DNA from: Carcharhinus longimanus | Lineage: Eukaryota | Direction of reading: 5' to 3' | Assembly: GCA_030264375.1 (NCBI GenBank) | Contig: JASCQW010000001.1 | Coordinates: 112,170,318 to 112,234,317 of the forward strand | DNA: 64,000 nucleotides | In this document: positions 1 through 13,882 of the stretch, piece after piece | How the letters are laid out: each line of letters starts with the position of its first letter | Position numbering within the stretch: position 1 is the first letter of the stretch | Program-made: the position numbers and the translations under genes | Notes under the pieces: generated by a model | What the model saw: only the letters and a program-made list of their open reading frames with translations | What the model was told of the DNA's origin: nothing | The model's database searches: none

Positions 1-22
1 CCCCCCCCCCCCCCCCCCCCCC
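1..22. repeat. Poly-C tract
   Basis: Run of C at the window start. Confidence 0.9.
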
Positions 23-1721
23 ACCCCGCTTTTGTGGTGAGCTGAAAACACTGAGATCTTCCGATCCTGGTGCTTTCAGCACATTCCTTGTCTGTAGTTA
101 CCAACCAACCAGCCGCCAAGATGGGCCAAATGGCCTCTCTCTGTACTGTAGGGTTTCTATGATTTTTATAAATGGTCTACCCTGTATCCTCAGACTATGA
201 CCTCTGTTCTTTTCAGCTCTTCTAAATGCAAAAACTTGAGCTCCCTTTTGATACTAAAAACATTTTTGAATTTGGCTTCATGCAGTTTACATATAAGTTT
301 TCTGAAATTGATCAAGGACAATCTTGTTCATGGTATGGTCGCTGCCCTGTGCAGCCGAGAGGAAATACAACGTTTAAAAAAAAATTGCAATAGGTTGCTA
401 GTGTGGTATTCTCCTGAAAATGTAATTCGGGTACTGCTAATATTGCAATTGATGTGTTTACTGTTAACACTCCAGCCTGTTTTAAGAAATGAACAGATGA
501 ATTCTAAAACATACTGAAATATAAGTGTAGACTTGGTAGATGTCCAATTCTATCAGATGGATCTTTTTGACTGCTGGCAATTGCTAATGCATAAAGTAGA
601 TGTACAGCTTGTACTTTAGTGAAGTAAAGTACATTCTGTAAGTAATTATAATCAATCGATGACAATCCAATTTATTTGTGCACAACTGAGGTCATAATTA
701 CAGCAAGTTCCTATTGGAAATAATTGACGTTCCAAGCTGGGTTAATGATAAATCGTGAAAGTGGAACAGAGTAGTTTGGTATTTTGGTGGTACAGCAGTT
801 ACTGCCATTTGACAAACTTAACTTTTAAGTAAATGGCACTTGAGTTTTTATGTAGGTCTGTTTGGTGAATTGTTGACCAAATTAGCTTCTAAATCCTTGG
901 ATAAGAGCTGTTCATATGGCACTAATGTGACATGAAGGAATAATTGATGATCTTTGTTGAGTATGGTCTTTTTAAGCAGCTTTGACGCATGGTTGAAGTT
1001 TTGTATACAATATCTTTCTACTTAGTGGATGCATGCTACTAATAATTTATTGTAGAGCAAGATGACATATTTGTGTCCTGATTGACATGCAGGAAGTGGC
1101 CTTTTCCTCTTGCTGTTGATGTGCAATTAACTAAAATTATACAGGAATTTGAATCATTTTGAAGTGAGGTATTGCTTGAAAAATTGGAACATATATTTAA
1201 TGTCTTTGTTGATGAATATGAAATTGTAACACCCTACAAGTCAACTGCCGAAATATATGACGATTTACTAATCCCTGTTGTATGAGCAAATTTTCAAATA
1301 AATACAGATGATTTTAACTTCATTCATGAAGCTAAGAATAAACGATGCACTTGATGGATATTGGATCTATTGTTTGGCTACATTTCAGTTACATTTTGTT
1401 ATGTTGGAATGGAATAAATGATGAAATCTTTTAATTTTATACTATCCTTGATACTGATTTTATGATTACATGTAGTGACATTTTGATTTTATTAATGGAA
1501 ATGTTAATGGTCCACAATTTCAAGTTGTGTTTTATGTAGAGATTGTAAATCAGTTGTTTGGCTTATGAAGTTATGAACTTGATTTTATGCCATGCCCCTT
1601 TTTACGAAATGAAGGGGATGCAAAGGAATATGTTAGGAAATGGATTCGAGATGTATTACTAGGGCGGGTTGTGTGCTTTTGTATTCAGTATTATATGGTT
1701 TGTACATGCAGACGGAGTGGA

Positions 1722-2029
1722 AGTTTAAAGTTTACTTATTAGTGTCACAAGTAGGTTTGTGTTAACACTACAATGAGGTTACTGTGAAAATTCCCTAGTC
1801 GCCACACTCTGCCTGTTTGGGTGCACTGAGGGAGAATTTTAGTATGGCCAATGCACCTAACCAGCACGTCTTTTGGACTCTAGGAGGAAGCTGGAGCACC
1901 CAAAGGAAACTCACACAGACATGGGGAGAATGTGCAGACTCCGCAGAGACAGGACCCAAGCCAAGAATTAAACCTGGGTCCCTGGCGTTGTGAGGCAGCA
2001 GTGATAACCACTGTGCCACCATGCCGTCT
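1722..2029 (-). mobile_element. tRNA-derived V-SINE, tail type B
   Basis: Minus strand reads ggcatggtgggcacagtggttatcactgctgcctcacaacgccagggacccaggttt (A/B box-like head), then the V-domain, then tail cctacttgtgacactaataag. Confidence 0.85.
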
Positions 2030-2924
2030 GGTATTGGGTCGAGGAAAAATGAAGGGACTGTAGAATGAGGAAGTATTAGGATTGATAGTTTTGAAGGTTG
2101 ACAGTGATGCAAGGCCATTGGGCATGTGAGTGGAGTCTAGAAAGTCAGAGATTTGTGTGTCATGATCTGGGAGTATCAGGAGTACTGTGATCAGTACTTT
2201 TGATAGTGAGACTATGGGGGTGAGATGCTAGTGCCCTGATGCCTTGTTGGGGGCATCATGAGAAGTGATAGGTGTATGATATCAAAGTAGAGAGAAGGGT
2301 TTGCCAGATTCTGGAATGACAGGCTTTGGGAGGATTGGGCCAAAAATTATTGGCTGTGGGAATGGGATTTGGTAGTATTTTTATGGAAGCGGTGAATGAA
2401 AAGGCTTCAAGCTTTATTGAGTTACCCTGGTCCAGTAATCTATCAAAGATACTTTGAGCATTGTGGGATTTTTGTTTGACTTGGAATTTTTTTGGTCGGT
2501 GATGAAGCAGCATGTAGCTGTGCACAAAGTTTTCGCAGGCTACAGAGCAGTGACTGACTATCAGAGGATACCTATTTGTGTGACATCCTCTGAGGAACAT
2601 GTATTTTTATCTTTGACTAATTGAAGCAGTGAGGTTCTTCAAGCAATCAGATTGAAGAATCCTCACTACATCACAAGTCCAAACTGGAAGTATAAAGCAG
2701 GAAATATAACATAAATTTTAATTGCATACAGAAGGTGAAATAAAGAGGAGGCTACAGAGGTGACTCCTCGTGTTCAAATTTAATGTAGATACAGATTGAG
2801 TTTTAACATTTGTTGAATTGCAGGTCTCCTGTTCTAGTCTCCTTTTAATGCATGGAATTGGTTTGGTGCATCTGACCCAACTCTCCCAATTTAGCCAACC
2901 ATGTTTCTAATTTATCTCATTCCG

Positions 2925-5455
2925 ATTTCAGAAAGGCAAATAACATAGCAAAGGAGGTGGGGTTGCCCTGATAGTAAGGGATGACGGAACGGTATTCATG
3001 AGAGTCTGTCTTCTGAAGATCGAACAGGTAGAATCAATAAGGGTGAAAATTGGGTTTAGCAAGAATCAGCGAACACTGATGGGAGTAGTTTATAAGCTTC
3101 CTAATAATGGTTATACCATTGGGCAGAGAATTAAACAATTAATTATTGCAGCCAATAACAATAGAAATGTAATAACTGTGGGGGACTATGCAGACTGAAA
3201 CAATTAAATTGGCAAGAATGGTCTGGAAGATGAGTTTGTAGAATTTTTTATCATAGCTTCTTGGAGCAGTATGTAGTGGAACTGACTAGGGATAAAGTTA
3301 TCTTAGATTTAGTGTGGTGTAACGAAGCAGGGTTAATTAGTAATGTCGTAGTAAAAGGTCTACAGGGAAATAATGACCTTGATACCATTCAATTCCACAT
3401 TAAGTTTGAAAATGATGTTTTCCAATTGCAAACACAAATCTTAAACTTAAAGCCAGTTACATCAGTATGAGGGGTGAACGGGCTAAGATTAATTGGGTAA
3501 GTAGACTAAAAGGTGTGGAGGTAAATTAACAGTGGAAAACACTTAAAGAAACAATTAAAATGTTTAAGAAGGATACATTCTACTTAAGAACAAACACTTG
3601 GCAAGAAGGAGTCATCCATGGCTCACTCAGGAAGTTAAATATAGAATTACATTAGAAGAACAGGCTTTCAATGTTGCAAAGAACAGTAGCAGATTTGGAA
3701 GATTGGGAGTGTTCTAGAAAGCAGCCACCGGCCACCAAAAACTTGATAGCTAGGAATATAAAAACAGATTGCAAGAGCATTTAAAAGTATATAAAAAGGA
3801 AAGGGGTGGCTAAAGCAAACGTCAGTCCCTTAGAAGCAGAGGCAGGAGAAATTATCATGGGGAAATGATGGAGGCATTGAACATATGTGTTATCTGCCTT
3901 AAGAGAAAATGCTGGAAAATCTCAGCAGGTCTAGCGGCGTCTGTAAGGAGACAAAAGAGCTGACCTTTCGAGTCCAGATGACCCTTTGTATCTGCCTTCG
4001 CAGCAGAAGATACAAGTTCTAAACCAGAAATAGACAGTAACCTCTGGGCTAAAAGATAGTGTGGAAATTAATATCAGCAGAGATAAAGTATTAGAGAAAC
4101 CTAAGGGACTAAAATCAGACAAATCCTTGGGGACTTGAGGCTAACGCCCTAGAGGTCTAAAAAATATAGCTGCAGAGGTAGTGGATGTGATAGCTATAAT
4201 TTTCCAAAATTCCTTAAATTTGGATCAGTTCCACTAGGCTGGAAGTTGGCAAATGTTATACTGCTTTCAAGAAAGTAGGGAGCAAGGAAATGGTGAATTA
4301 CTGGCCAATTAGACTAACAAATTTTGGAAAATGCTGGAATTTAGAATTAAGGAAGCCGTAACTATATACTTAGCAAAAACATGTTGCTATATTTTTCTAA
4401 AGGAAAATCCTGTTTGGTAAATTTATTAGAGGTTTTTAACGATATTATTAGTAGGATAGATAGAGAGGAACCAATAGATGTGGTATGGCTGGATTTCCAA
4501 AAGAGATTTAATAAGGTGTCACAACAAAAGTTAGTAGGTAGATAAAGGCTCATGGTTTTGCGGCTACAGGATTGGTTAATGAATAGAAAACAGAGTGAGC
4601 ATACACAGGGCATTTTCAAGTTTGCACACAATGATTAGTGGAATGCTGCAAGAATCAGTGCAGGGGCCTCAGCTATTTGCCATTTTTATTAATTACTTAA
4701 ATGAAGAGTTGGAGAATAAGTTTGCTGATGATACCAAGTTAGATAGAAAGGTAATCTGCAGGGAGGAAACAAGAGAGGCTGCAAAGAGATGTAGATAGGT
4801 TAGATGAATGGGTAACAAGTTGGCAAATAGAGTATAGTGTAGAGAAGAGTGAAGTTATCCACTTGGATTGTAAGAAAAAAAAGATTTCTTTAAAAGGTGA
4901 GAAACTTTTCAGAGTTGATGTTCAGAGACTTGAATGTGCGTTTTCAAAGAAAGCAGAATGCTAATACTCGACTGCAGTAAACAATTAGAAAGGCAGATGG
5001 CTTGTTGGCCTTTATTACAAAGGGATTGGAGTCCAAGAATAAATAAGTCTTGCTACAGTTGTGTGGGGTTTTGGTGAGATTACATTTGGAACACTTGCGC
5101 AGTTTTGGTCTCCACATTTAAGAAATATTTATTTGCTTTGGAGATGGTACAGTGAAAGTTCACTAGATAGGTCAACCGCCTCATTGCAGGGACCAATGAT
5201 GAGAGGCTGGGTAAATTGAGCTTATATTCTCTGAAGTTTAAAAGAATGAGAGGCGATCACATTAAATCCTGCAAAAATCTTGATAAGGTGAACACTTTGA
5301 GATTCTTTCCATTGGCTAGAGAATATAAAACATAGGATATGGGGAATGGGCCAGAAAATAGAGTTGAGGCCCAATATCAGCCACAATTGTATGAAATAGT
5401 GGAGCAGGCTCGATGAGCTGTGTGGTCCATTCCTGCTCCTATCTCTTATGTTCTA
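2925..5455 (+). mobile_element. Decayed CR1 LINE ORF2 (endonuclease end, RT, 3' tail)
   Basis: GGGVALIV, ILDLVWCNE, DVVWLDFQK, QESVQGPQLF and KFADDTKL motifs in broken frames; CR1 tail tcctgctcctatctcttatgttct. Confidence 0.9.
3901..3988. mobile_element. Penelope-like terminal fragment nested in the CR1
   Basis: Flanked by a 10-bp direct repeat TATCTGCCTT (3891-3900, 3989-3998); same family as the fold-back at 22222-22425. Confidence 0.75.
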
Positions 5456-7309
5456 TCAAAACTTGCTCACAAAACAACTGTTAAGTAAATGTTAGGAGAT
5501 GAATTCACACATGACCACATGAGCATGGGTAGTTCAGTGATGTAGCACCACTGGAGTTAATCTGCCGGTCTGTATTTTCTATTGTGTAGTCTCTCCAACA
5601 AAATTTTAAATATTTTATCTCACAACAACCAATTTTTTTTAAAAAAGTGTTTTTTTTAAAAAAAGAGGGGATTTTTCTCTCAAAGTGCAAGGAGCTGTGT
5701 AATGTGCATGTATGCAGGACCACATCTCAAATTCTTGTGTGATTGGCTTTATCTCCTCAATGACAGCGCCCTCTACCCCTGACTGTCTACTGATCACCCA
5801 CATGGCAAGCATTTTCAAATAATCTCTGTACAAACATGTTAAATCTGTATAAATTAACTATTGAAGCAGTTGTCGTAGCAGGCAGCATTCGTTTAATCAA
5901 CAGAAAAGGAAGTATTAAGCTACAGTTCTCACTTCTTAAAATTGGTGGTAGTCTTTTTGGACTATCAGGAGAAATCTGTGTCTTTTCAACACTGTACAGA
6001 CAAATCTTTATATATGAATTTGTGTGACTATCGAGTGAAGCCAGGATTATCCTCAACTACTACCTCTGAGGTTAAAAAAGGCTACTGATATTGACTGCAA
6101 TGCTCACTGATTTGTGACATTGGTCGCTTGAACAAGGCCTTGGTGCAATACCTCTGCAAGGAGGCAACAATTTATTTGAGGAGGGAACGAAGCAGGTGAG
6201 TAAAGTAGGGGAGGGCAGAAAGCAACCTATTGTGGACTACATAAGAACTGATAGAAATGTTCGTCAAAAGCTAAGAAAATCAAATGCTAAGATTTATACA
6301 AGTAACAATGAGGTAGCATTAGCTACTAATGTCTTCAGCTAATAATTGGATTTGTTTCTCCAGGATGGTTTTCATTATGGTGATACAACTCATTTTTCTT
6401 AAATGGATCAAATAACTCCAGCGCTAATCGTTTTTGCATAAACAACTCGTATTCTATCATTTTATATCCAGACACACTGCTATGCCCGTTAATGGACATT
6501 ATCTGAAACACAGCCATACAAATTGCTTCTTTCAGATCCAGCTTATTATACTATCTTTGATGAAAACCACTGTATTAGTTTGCATAATGCTATTTTTAAC
6601 AGAATAGTGGCATCTGGTTTACTGAACAGAATGGGTGAATTGCGTTGCCATTTTGTCCATGTCAGTGTTCACTGGTGTCTCCTTTCCTGTTGAGTGAAAT
6701 TTTGAAATCAAACTGCAAACCTCAATGAGAGCAAGTTGAAGTGAGCCCTAAAATTTTCTAGGTCAAAGTATGCTTTGCCACGAAAATGAAACAATTGCTT
6801 ATTATTCATGGTTTACTTGAGTCCATTGTACATTCAGTTATTTAAACTAAGTCCTGCTTCTTGGAATGTTATCGGTAATGGAAATAATCTTACCTTGATA
6901 AAATTTGTTTTGGTGGAATAATAAAGCATCTTATGCATTCAATATAATGGGCAGGGCAAATCAAGACTAAGGCGACTTGACTGCAGCATGTGGCTGGCAT
7001 CTCCTCGCTGCAATGCTTTCCTCTTATCAGTGTTACCTTTGTGTCTTTAACGTCTGTTCGCATAGCTGAGCGACATGACCTGAACATCATTTGAAGGCTT
7101 AAATTCAGGTCACTGTGCTTCTCATCAGATAATCCTTTTTATAAATAGGCCAGCTTAGGAATAGCAGGTTCATAAGAAACATTAATTCCATTTGAAATCC
7201 AATAGACTAATGTATTGTCATATTTGTGAAATGTGTATTTATGCAGCCAGTACAATCAAGATTCTGTCTCTTTTGCAAAGTTTCTATAGCCACTAATGTT
7301 CCACCAACA

Positions 7310-7445
7310 GAAATAGTATAATACAGTCAGTGTGGGAAATCTGAAAAAGAAACAAAGTGCTGGAGACATTCAGCGGGTCAGACAACATTTGTGGAGAAGT
7401 TAAGCAAGGTTAAATTTTTAAATCTAGGACCCTTTCATCCGAACT
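7310..7445. mobile_element. Penelope-like terminal fragment
   Basis: ggaaatctgaaaaag..gtgctggagacattcagcgggtcagacaacatttgtggaga resembles 22190-22320. Confidence 0.5.
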
Positions 7446-7489
7446 AAACAATTGAATGCAGCTAGTGCTACAAATATTCTCCTTGAAAG

Positions 7490-7812
7490 TCATAGAAACC
7501 CTACTGTACAGAAGGAGGCCATTCAGTTCATTGAGCTGCACCTACAACAATCCCACCCAGGCCCTCTTCCCGTAACTGCACATATTTACTCTGCCAATCC
7601 CTCTAACCTATGCATCCCTAATGAACACTAATGGGCAAGTTAGCACAGCCGATGCACCTAACTCACCCATCTTTGGACTATGGGAGGAAACCAGAGCACC
7701 TGCAGGAAACCCATGCAGACATGGGGAGAATGTGCAGTGACCCAAGCAGGGATTCAGACCCAGATCCTTGGAGCTGTGAGGCAGCAGTGCTAACACTGTG
7801 CCACTGTACTGC
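7490..7812 (-). mobile_element. HE1-like V-SINE, CR1-type tail (type A)
   Basis: tRNA-like head, V-domain, tail aatggcctccttctgtacagtagggtttctatg. Confidence 0.85.
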
Positions 7813-8261
7813 AACAAAAGCGTATTTCAATTAACATCTCTGAATTATGGGTGCCGACTAATAACAAATGGAGACTGTGACTACATTTTGTAGAAAAATA
7901 TTTTTCTAAATAATACTACCTGTCAGGTCCAACGGCATGATATGCTTGTAGAAGCATTGTACAAGTAGGCCTTTGTGGAACTTCCTGTGAAAGTGGAGAC
8001 TGTTTCAGTGATTACGAACACCCTAATATATATATTCTTTTTTTTTGCTAAAGACACATCACCATACAAGTGGGGTGTTTTTGCTGAATACACAAAGTTG
8101 CATGGAATATAAGTGATGTGCATGTTGGGGTTTTAATGACGTAAATATTGAGAGAGATTTTCACATCATTATACTCAGTGCAAACCTTATGCATATGGGC
8201 ACTTTAACAATGAAAAATCAAGTACTGAGCAGAAGAGTTGCATGTGAGCTTGTGGTCAAGT

Positions 8262-8465
8262 CAGTCATTCTGTAATTAAGGTCTGGAATGCGTTGCCTGA
8301 GAATGTGATGAAGGCAGATTAAATCAAAGCATTCAAAAACAAGTTAGTCTGTATCTGAAGAAGAACAGTTACGGGGAGAAGGAGAGAGAATGGTGCTAAG
8401 TGAATTGCTCATTTGGAAAGCCAGTGCAGACACGATGGGCTGAATGGCCACCTTCTACAATGCAA
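8262..8465 (+). mobile_element. CR1 3' end fragment
   Basis: tctggaatgcgttgcctgaga...gatgggctgaatggccaccttct. Confidence 0.7.
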
Positions 8466-9494
8466 CACTGCTGTATATCAGGTGGTTGGCTGCCAAAAAC
8501 ATTTTGTATTAAAAAAAGGCATTAAAAATGCAAGGATGAAGAGATGATAAATTTGAACAGGGAAACTGTTGTGCCAAGTACTGTCCAAACTTTTGGGTAC
8601 CCTATCATTAAAGGTTATTAAATTTAGAAGATGTGCAGAATAAATTTGTTAAGATTATATTAGACATAAGGTACTGCTTGAGAGATGTGAGAAACTGGGG
8701 CTCATTCAATTAAAGCAGAGAAAATGATGAGGATCTTCTTTGTAGGTTTCTAAAGTTATCAAATGTTGAGAAAAATATTCTCTTGTTGGCCAATTTTTGA
8801 TGAGATGTCTCACTTTAATGCTTTCCTCACTCACAATAACTATATTAAAGTTATTTAAGTAGAAGGTTGTTGGAGCATGAAATGCTTTGCATAGAGTGTG
8901 GCCATAGTTGAGACAATTATATAGTTTGATAAGTATTTGAAGTAGAGAGAGATGCCAAACCGTGGTAGAGCCTAAGTGGTGGGATTAATCTTGACCTGCT
9001 GCAGCGAAGAGCTGGCATAGAAATTGCTTTGTCCTGGCTTTTATGGAGAAAAATCTGTTTTAATATTACGTGATAGATTGGACAGAATTTTGTTTCTGAA
9101 TGCATTTCAAGTGACTTGGATTTCCAGCATTTGTCTCATGCTGTATATAAATGCACTATGGCATATTCTGTATTTAGGGGTCTAAAACGCTCCATTTCTT
9201 TTTACAGCTTGGGAAACTGAAACCGATTAGAAATTTGCTTAACCAAATGTGTTTTATGACCACGATAATAAGTTTGTTGCATGCAATGTGATGAAAGGTC
9301 CACTGCCTGACACAAATTCGCTTCTTGGGTCTCCATATCAGCTACTTGTATCTATTTAATAGCTCTGGCCTAACTGAATTTTGATTATACAACAATGTGC
9401 ACGAGTCTAAGTCAAATGATAATTAATTACTGGAAGTGGACAGTAGCTATAAACCAGCAACGTTAATTTCATCTGAGGCAACAAAGTGGACTCT

Positions 9495-9632
9495 AGCTGT
9501 CACTGTAATATTACATTCTGTACCTTTTTTCTTTTCTTCTCTATGTATGGTATGTTTTATCTGGATAGCACACAAGAAACAATACTTTTCACTGTATACC
9601 AATAAAGGTGACAATAATAAATCAAATCAAAA
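9495..9632 (+). mobile_element. Rex1-like LINE 3' tail
   Basis: caatacttttcactgtatac..gacaataataaatcaaatcaaa; the same tail occurs reversed at about 12555-12710 and 32878-32921. Confidence 0.6.
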
Positions 9633-10854
9633 GCAATTTTGAAGTGCCTAATCAGAGTGGAAGGAAAGATATGTGAGATTGGGTGGGAACAGGAGCAGAC
9701 ATTTCAGCATGACTGGCTTTTTAATTCAACTATCTCATTATTATTTTACTTCTGGGTTTGGTATTAATTGCACACCAGCGGGCGTGATGAGAACACACGA
9801 TGCAGACTCAACTGCAAAACCTAAAGGGCCGAACCAAAGGTGGAACTTGGAGAAGGCAGGAGTCTGATCAAGAAGAGACAGAACATAAGAACCAGGGGCA
9901 GGAGTGTTCTTATGTTCTCCCTCTTCTTGATCACACTCCTACCTTTATGGATGCAGATGGTCAAGATCTGTGCCTCAGTTTCACAATGGATACTTGATGG
10001 ACTGCGAGGATGAATGTCGAGAGAGAGCGAGAATCCTGCTCCTCTCAAAAAAGAAAGCATGGTTGGTGATGGCACAGGGGGTAAGCAGAAGTGCTGTTAT
10101 GCTACCCTCCTGACAGTGCAGGAAAAACTTCAATGATCTAACCAGATCACAAGAGCTGAGCACACTTTCACATTTACTTACATCCTGCTGTGCACATTAT
10201 TCCATCTCTCAACTGTTTTGTGTCAAGCCTACTCCGTCACATCACTTAACTTGACAATGCACCCATCCTTCTTTGTGTATTTCCTCATATCTCATTTGTC
10301 AATTCACCACTCACNNNNNNNNNNNNNNNNNNNNNNNNNNNNNNNNNNNNNNNNNNNNNNNNNNNNNNNNNNNNNNNNNNNNNNNNNNNNNNNNNNNNNN
10401 NNNNNNNNNNNNNNNNNNNNNNNNNNNNNNNNNNNNNNNNNNNNNNNNNNNNNNNNNNNNNNNNNNNNNNNNNNNNNNNNNNNNNNNNNNNNNNNNNNNN
10501 NNNNNNNNNNNNNNNNNNNNNNNNNNNNNNNNNNNNNNNNNNNNNNNNNNNNNNNNNNNNNNNNNNNNNNNNNNNNNNNNNNNNNNNNNNNNNNNNNNNN
10601 NNNNNNNNNNNNNNNNNNNNNNNNNNNNNNNNNNNNNNNNNNNNNNNNNNNNNNNNNNNNNNNNNNNNNNNNNNNNNNNNNNNNNNNNNNNNNNNNNNNN
10701 NNNNNNNNNNNNNNNNNNNNNNNNNNNNNNNNNNNNNNNNNNNNNNNNNNNNNNNNNNNNNNNNNNNNNNNNNNNNNNNNNNNNNNNNNNNNNNNNNNNN
10801 NNNNNNNNNNNNNNNNNNNNNNNNNNNNNNNNNNNNNNNNNNNNNNNNNNNNNN

Positions 10855-10879
10855 CACACACACACACACACACACACAC
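10855..10879. repeat. (CA)n microsatellite next to an assembly gap
   Basis: CA run directly after the N block. Confidence 0.9.
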
Positions 10880-10974
10880 CCTCACCCCAGCAAATCACAA
10901 CTCATCCAACACTCAGTCATATTGACTTGTATTTCACTCACTGAAATTACCTTACCTAACCAGTATGACTCTAG

Positions 10975-12530
10975 ATCATGGTATAAAATTCACCCTTTGA
11001 AGCCGTCACAAAAGCAGGGATTGACTTATACACCAAATGCACAATGTGGGTGGTGATTTTGAAATGTGAGGAAAAAAACTAAACATTGGTAATTAAAAAT
11101 TCATTTATTGAATGAATTGATTGTACAGAGTTGGTTAACCGCAGGCAAAGTGTTTTAAAACTGAAATTCATCATCATCAGCAGCTGACGTAGAGTTCATC
11201 AAATTCATTCTGAGTCACTTTGACTGTGGTTTTATTTGGTACTTTTACTTTGAGTCATCCTTCTACACCAAATCACCTCCCTCTACATCCATCGTAATAG
11301 ATGTTCTGCATTTTTTTTGGACGATTCACAATTTGATAATGAAACCACACATGAACCAGAGTAGCAAGTATATTACCAACCAGTGGGAAAGTTTTTTTCT
11401 TTAACCATCCATCTATTCTATTCATTATGACACGATCCATGAATGGTTTGTTGAGGTACACATCCAAAGGTTAGACCTTCTGTATAATTGCATTTTGGGT
11501 GTTATTTCTTTGCGAGTACCTCTAGACTTCCGACCTCATTGGTTATATGCGTTTTGAACATGTCGCACGCTACTAAATGGGCCACTGAGACACCTGTTCC
11601 GTACATTATTGATCTATAACTTCATTCCATTCTCATCCATACCATTGTCATGGACATGCAAATAAATTTCCTGTGGGAAACATGGCTTTATGTTTGAAGC
11701 CATGTATAAGGCTTTACTTTCATTCCATCAGCCATGCAGACTTGTGCCACCATGAATCTTGTCTTCTCATGTCCTGTGGGTTTCATTCAAACTATTTCAA
11801 ACCTTTCCATTCCACAATTTGATTGCTGGGCGTATCAACATTCATGGGAATTTCATCAATCTTACTGATGTGACTTACGGGTCCATGTGTTTTGTTGCTG
11901 TCTGATGATGAATTGCTCAGATTGGTCATGTGTCCATCTCTTGGTAATCTCTGAGTGATTTTGGTTTTCTGTTGCATCAGTAAGACTGTTTCATTCCATA
12001 AAGCAGCTACATCAACTAATGTTTGGTCTGAAATCTTTACTGGTCTCGGTTTGATTTGGCCCTATTGCCTTACCTTTCTGGTGATGGTGTCTCCATTCTG
12101 GCGTTTTTTTGAAGACACATTCCAACACATCTCAAGGTCAGTTCAGTGGCTGGTCACTGTTCTCATGGCGCAGGTTTTGTCATCCTCCTCAAAGTGGATT
12201 CGTCCTTCCATTCTCACCAGTTTTCGACTTGCACCCAACCCTCTCGATGCAGCAGTTATTTCATGAATTAGCAGATGTTTGACTTTTAGCTTGAAATCAG
12301 CTTCATAACTGCTACAGTTTTGCTGGAAGACCCATTTCTGATAGGTACCCTCCATCATGTGATGTGCAGATTGTTCTGTGTTGGTGTGCCTTAAACTTAC
12401 CATGCATCATTTTTGCAACAGTTAGTAGTGTTCATTTGATCCCATATGTTGCCATTCAATACAAGATAAGTAAATCATGCATTTCCAGTGAAAAAAATTG
12501 TGAAAAATTGGAGGTGAAATTGAACGTGAG
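10975..12530 (-). mobile_element. Decayed pogo/Tc1-mariner DNA transposon with POGK-like transposase
   Basis: Minus-strand broken frames give YEADFKLKV..AASRGLGASRKLVR (Brinker-type HTH), IDEIPMNVDTPS, PTGHEKTRF and PLDVYLNKPF, matching the pogo DDD motifs MDETP, TTGHEK and QPLDVxxNKPF. TIRs were not resolved. Confidence 0.8.
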
Positions 12531-12554
12531 TATAGCATTTCATAGCTTAAATTT

Positions 12555-12710
12555 TGATTTTGTTATTGTCATATGTATTAGTATACAGTGAAAAGTATTG
12601 TTTCTTGCATGCCGTACAAAGTATACCATTCATAGAGAAGGAAAGGAGAGTGCAGAATGTAGTGTTAATCAGAGCTAGGGTGTGGAGAAAGATCAACTTA
12701 CTGTGAGGTA
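12555..12710 (-). mobile_element. Rex1-like LINE 3' tail
   Basis: Reverse-complement match to 9495-9632. Confidence 0.6.
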
Positions 12711-13607
12711 ATACAAAATTGTGTTGTGAAGTTTCTGTTCTTTAGTAGAAAAATTTATTATTGTGAATTTTATTATTTCACTCCTCTTCCCTGTTATGCA
12801 CATTCTTGGTTTCTGGGGCCAACTCACCTTCTAACTTGGCTTGATGGTGAATGGGATAATGTGAATTGGTGCGGTCATGGATGAGATGGTTGTTTGTAGG
12901 GCTGCTTTGTGTCAGTGGCATTGAAGGGAGGGGGTGGTGTGGTAGCTGGGGGTGGAAGAGTGACCATTGCATGTTCTCGTGATACCAATTCACTGGTGCA
13001 ATCTCAGTGAACTTTAGAATTAATAAGGGCATCTTGAGCAGCAATGTGAGTAGCTAATGTAGATTCCTGTCATCATTTTTCACTACCTCCTCTTCCTGGT
13101 CCTTTAATTCATCTGCAGAGGATCTGCAATCTGTACCTTGTTCCTTCTACAGGTCCAAACCTGCAGAGTGCTCCACACCACAGAAATGCTGGACACCCAC
13201 ATTGGTGCATATGGAAGGGAGTCTCTAGGTTTGTCAAGATATCAGACATCTGGTAGTCATTTGGCATTTATTGTAATGCTGCTGAATTTTATTGGTAGAG
13301 TTTCTAGTAGGTGTCAACAGTCAAATTTGAAGTGATTTTCCTTGTCTCCTTGCAGTCGTCCTGCAAATCTGTTTGCAGGTCCAAAGACATCAGGGCATTT
13401 GGATTGCCAGCCGACAAAGCATCATGACCATCCTTGGGAACCCTGTGCACGGATGCATAATAATCTTACCGGCTGTATGTTGATGGAATAGAAATTTTTC
13501 TGGTTTACCAATACCCCCTGATTTTTTTTTTGCGGGGGAGGGGTTGTGGCTGTCACAGAAGCAGGTGGATGCATAAAGAGCAGAAAATGCTGGAAAACAA
13601 ACCATCA

Positions 13608-13882
13608 TTTCTGGGTGTATTCCAACTTGGTATGGCTCCAGCTCTGACCTAGAACGTATTAACTATAAAGGGCTGTGAACATAGCCCAGTCCATCCACAC
13701 AAACCAGCCTCCCACCCATTGACTCCATCTACACTTCCTGCTGCCTCAGGAAAGCAGCCAGCAATAATCAAAGGACCCCACGCACCCTGGACATATTCTC
13801 AACCACCTTCTTCTGTCGGAAAAAAGATACAAAAGTCTTAGGTCACATACCAATCAACTCAATAACAGATTCTTCTTTGCTG
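13608..13882 (+). mobile_element. Rex1-like LINE ORF2 C-terminal fragment running into a gap
   Basis: acttggtatggc..gcccagtccatc..ccattgactccatctacacttcctgctgcctcaggaaagcagcc, typical of the 3' part of this clade as I recall it. Confidence 0.6.

Noticed and set aside
197-517. 106-aa ORF and the many other 60-130 aa ORFs
   Set aside because: No recognisable domains or splice structure; many overlap SINEs and recur as similar pseudo-peptides.
10218-10944. Long ORFs of 190-235 aa in the ORF track (also near 13843-14128 and 17603-18045)
   Set aside because: They are open only because they run through N gaps.
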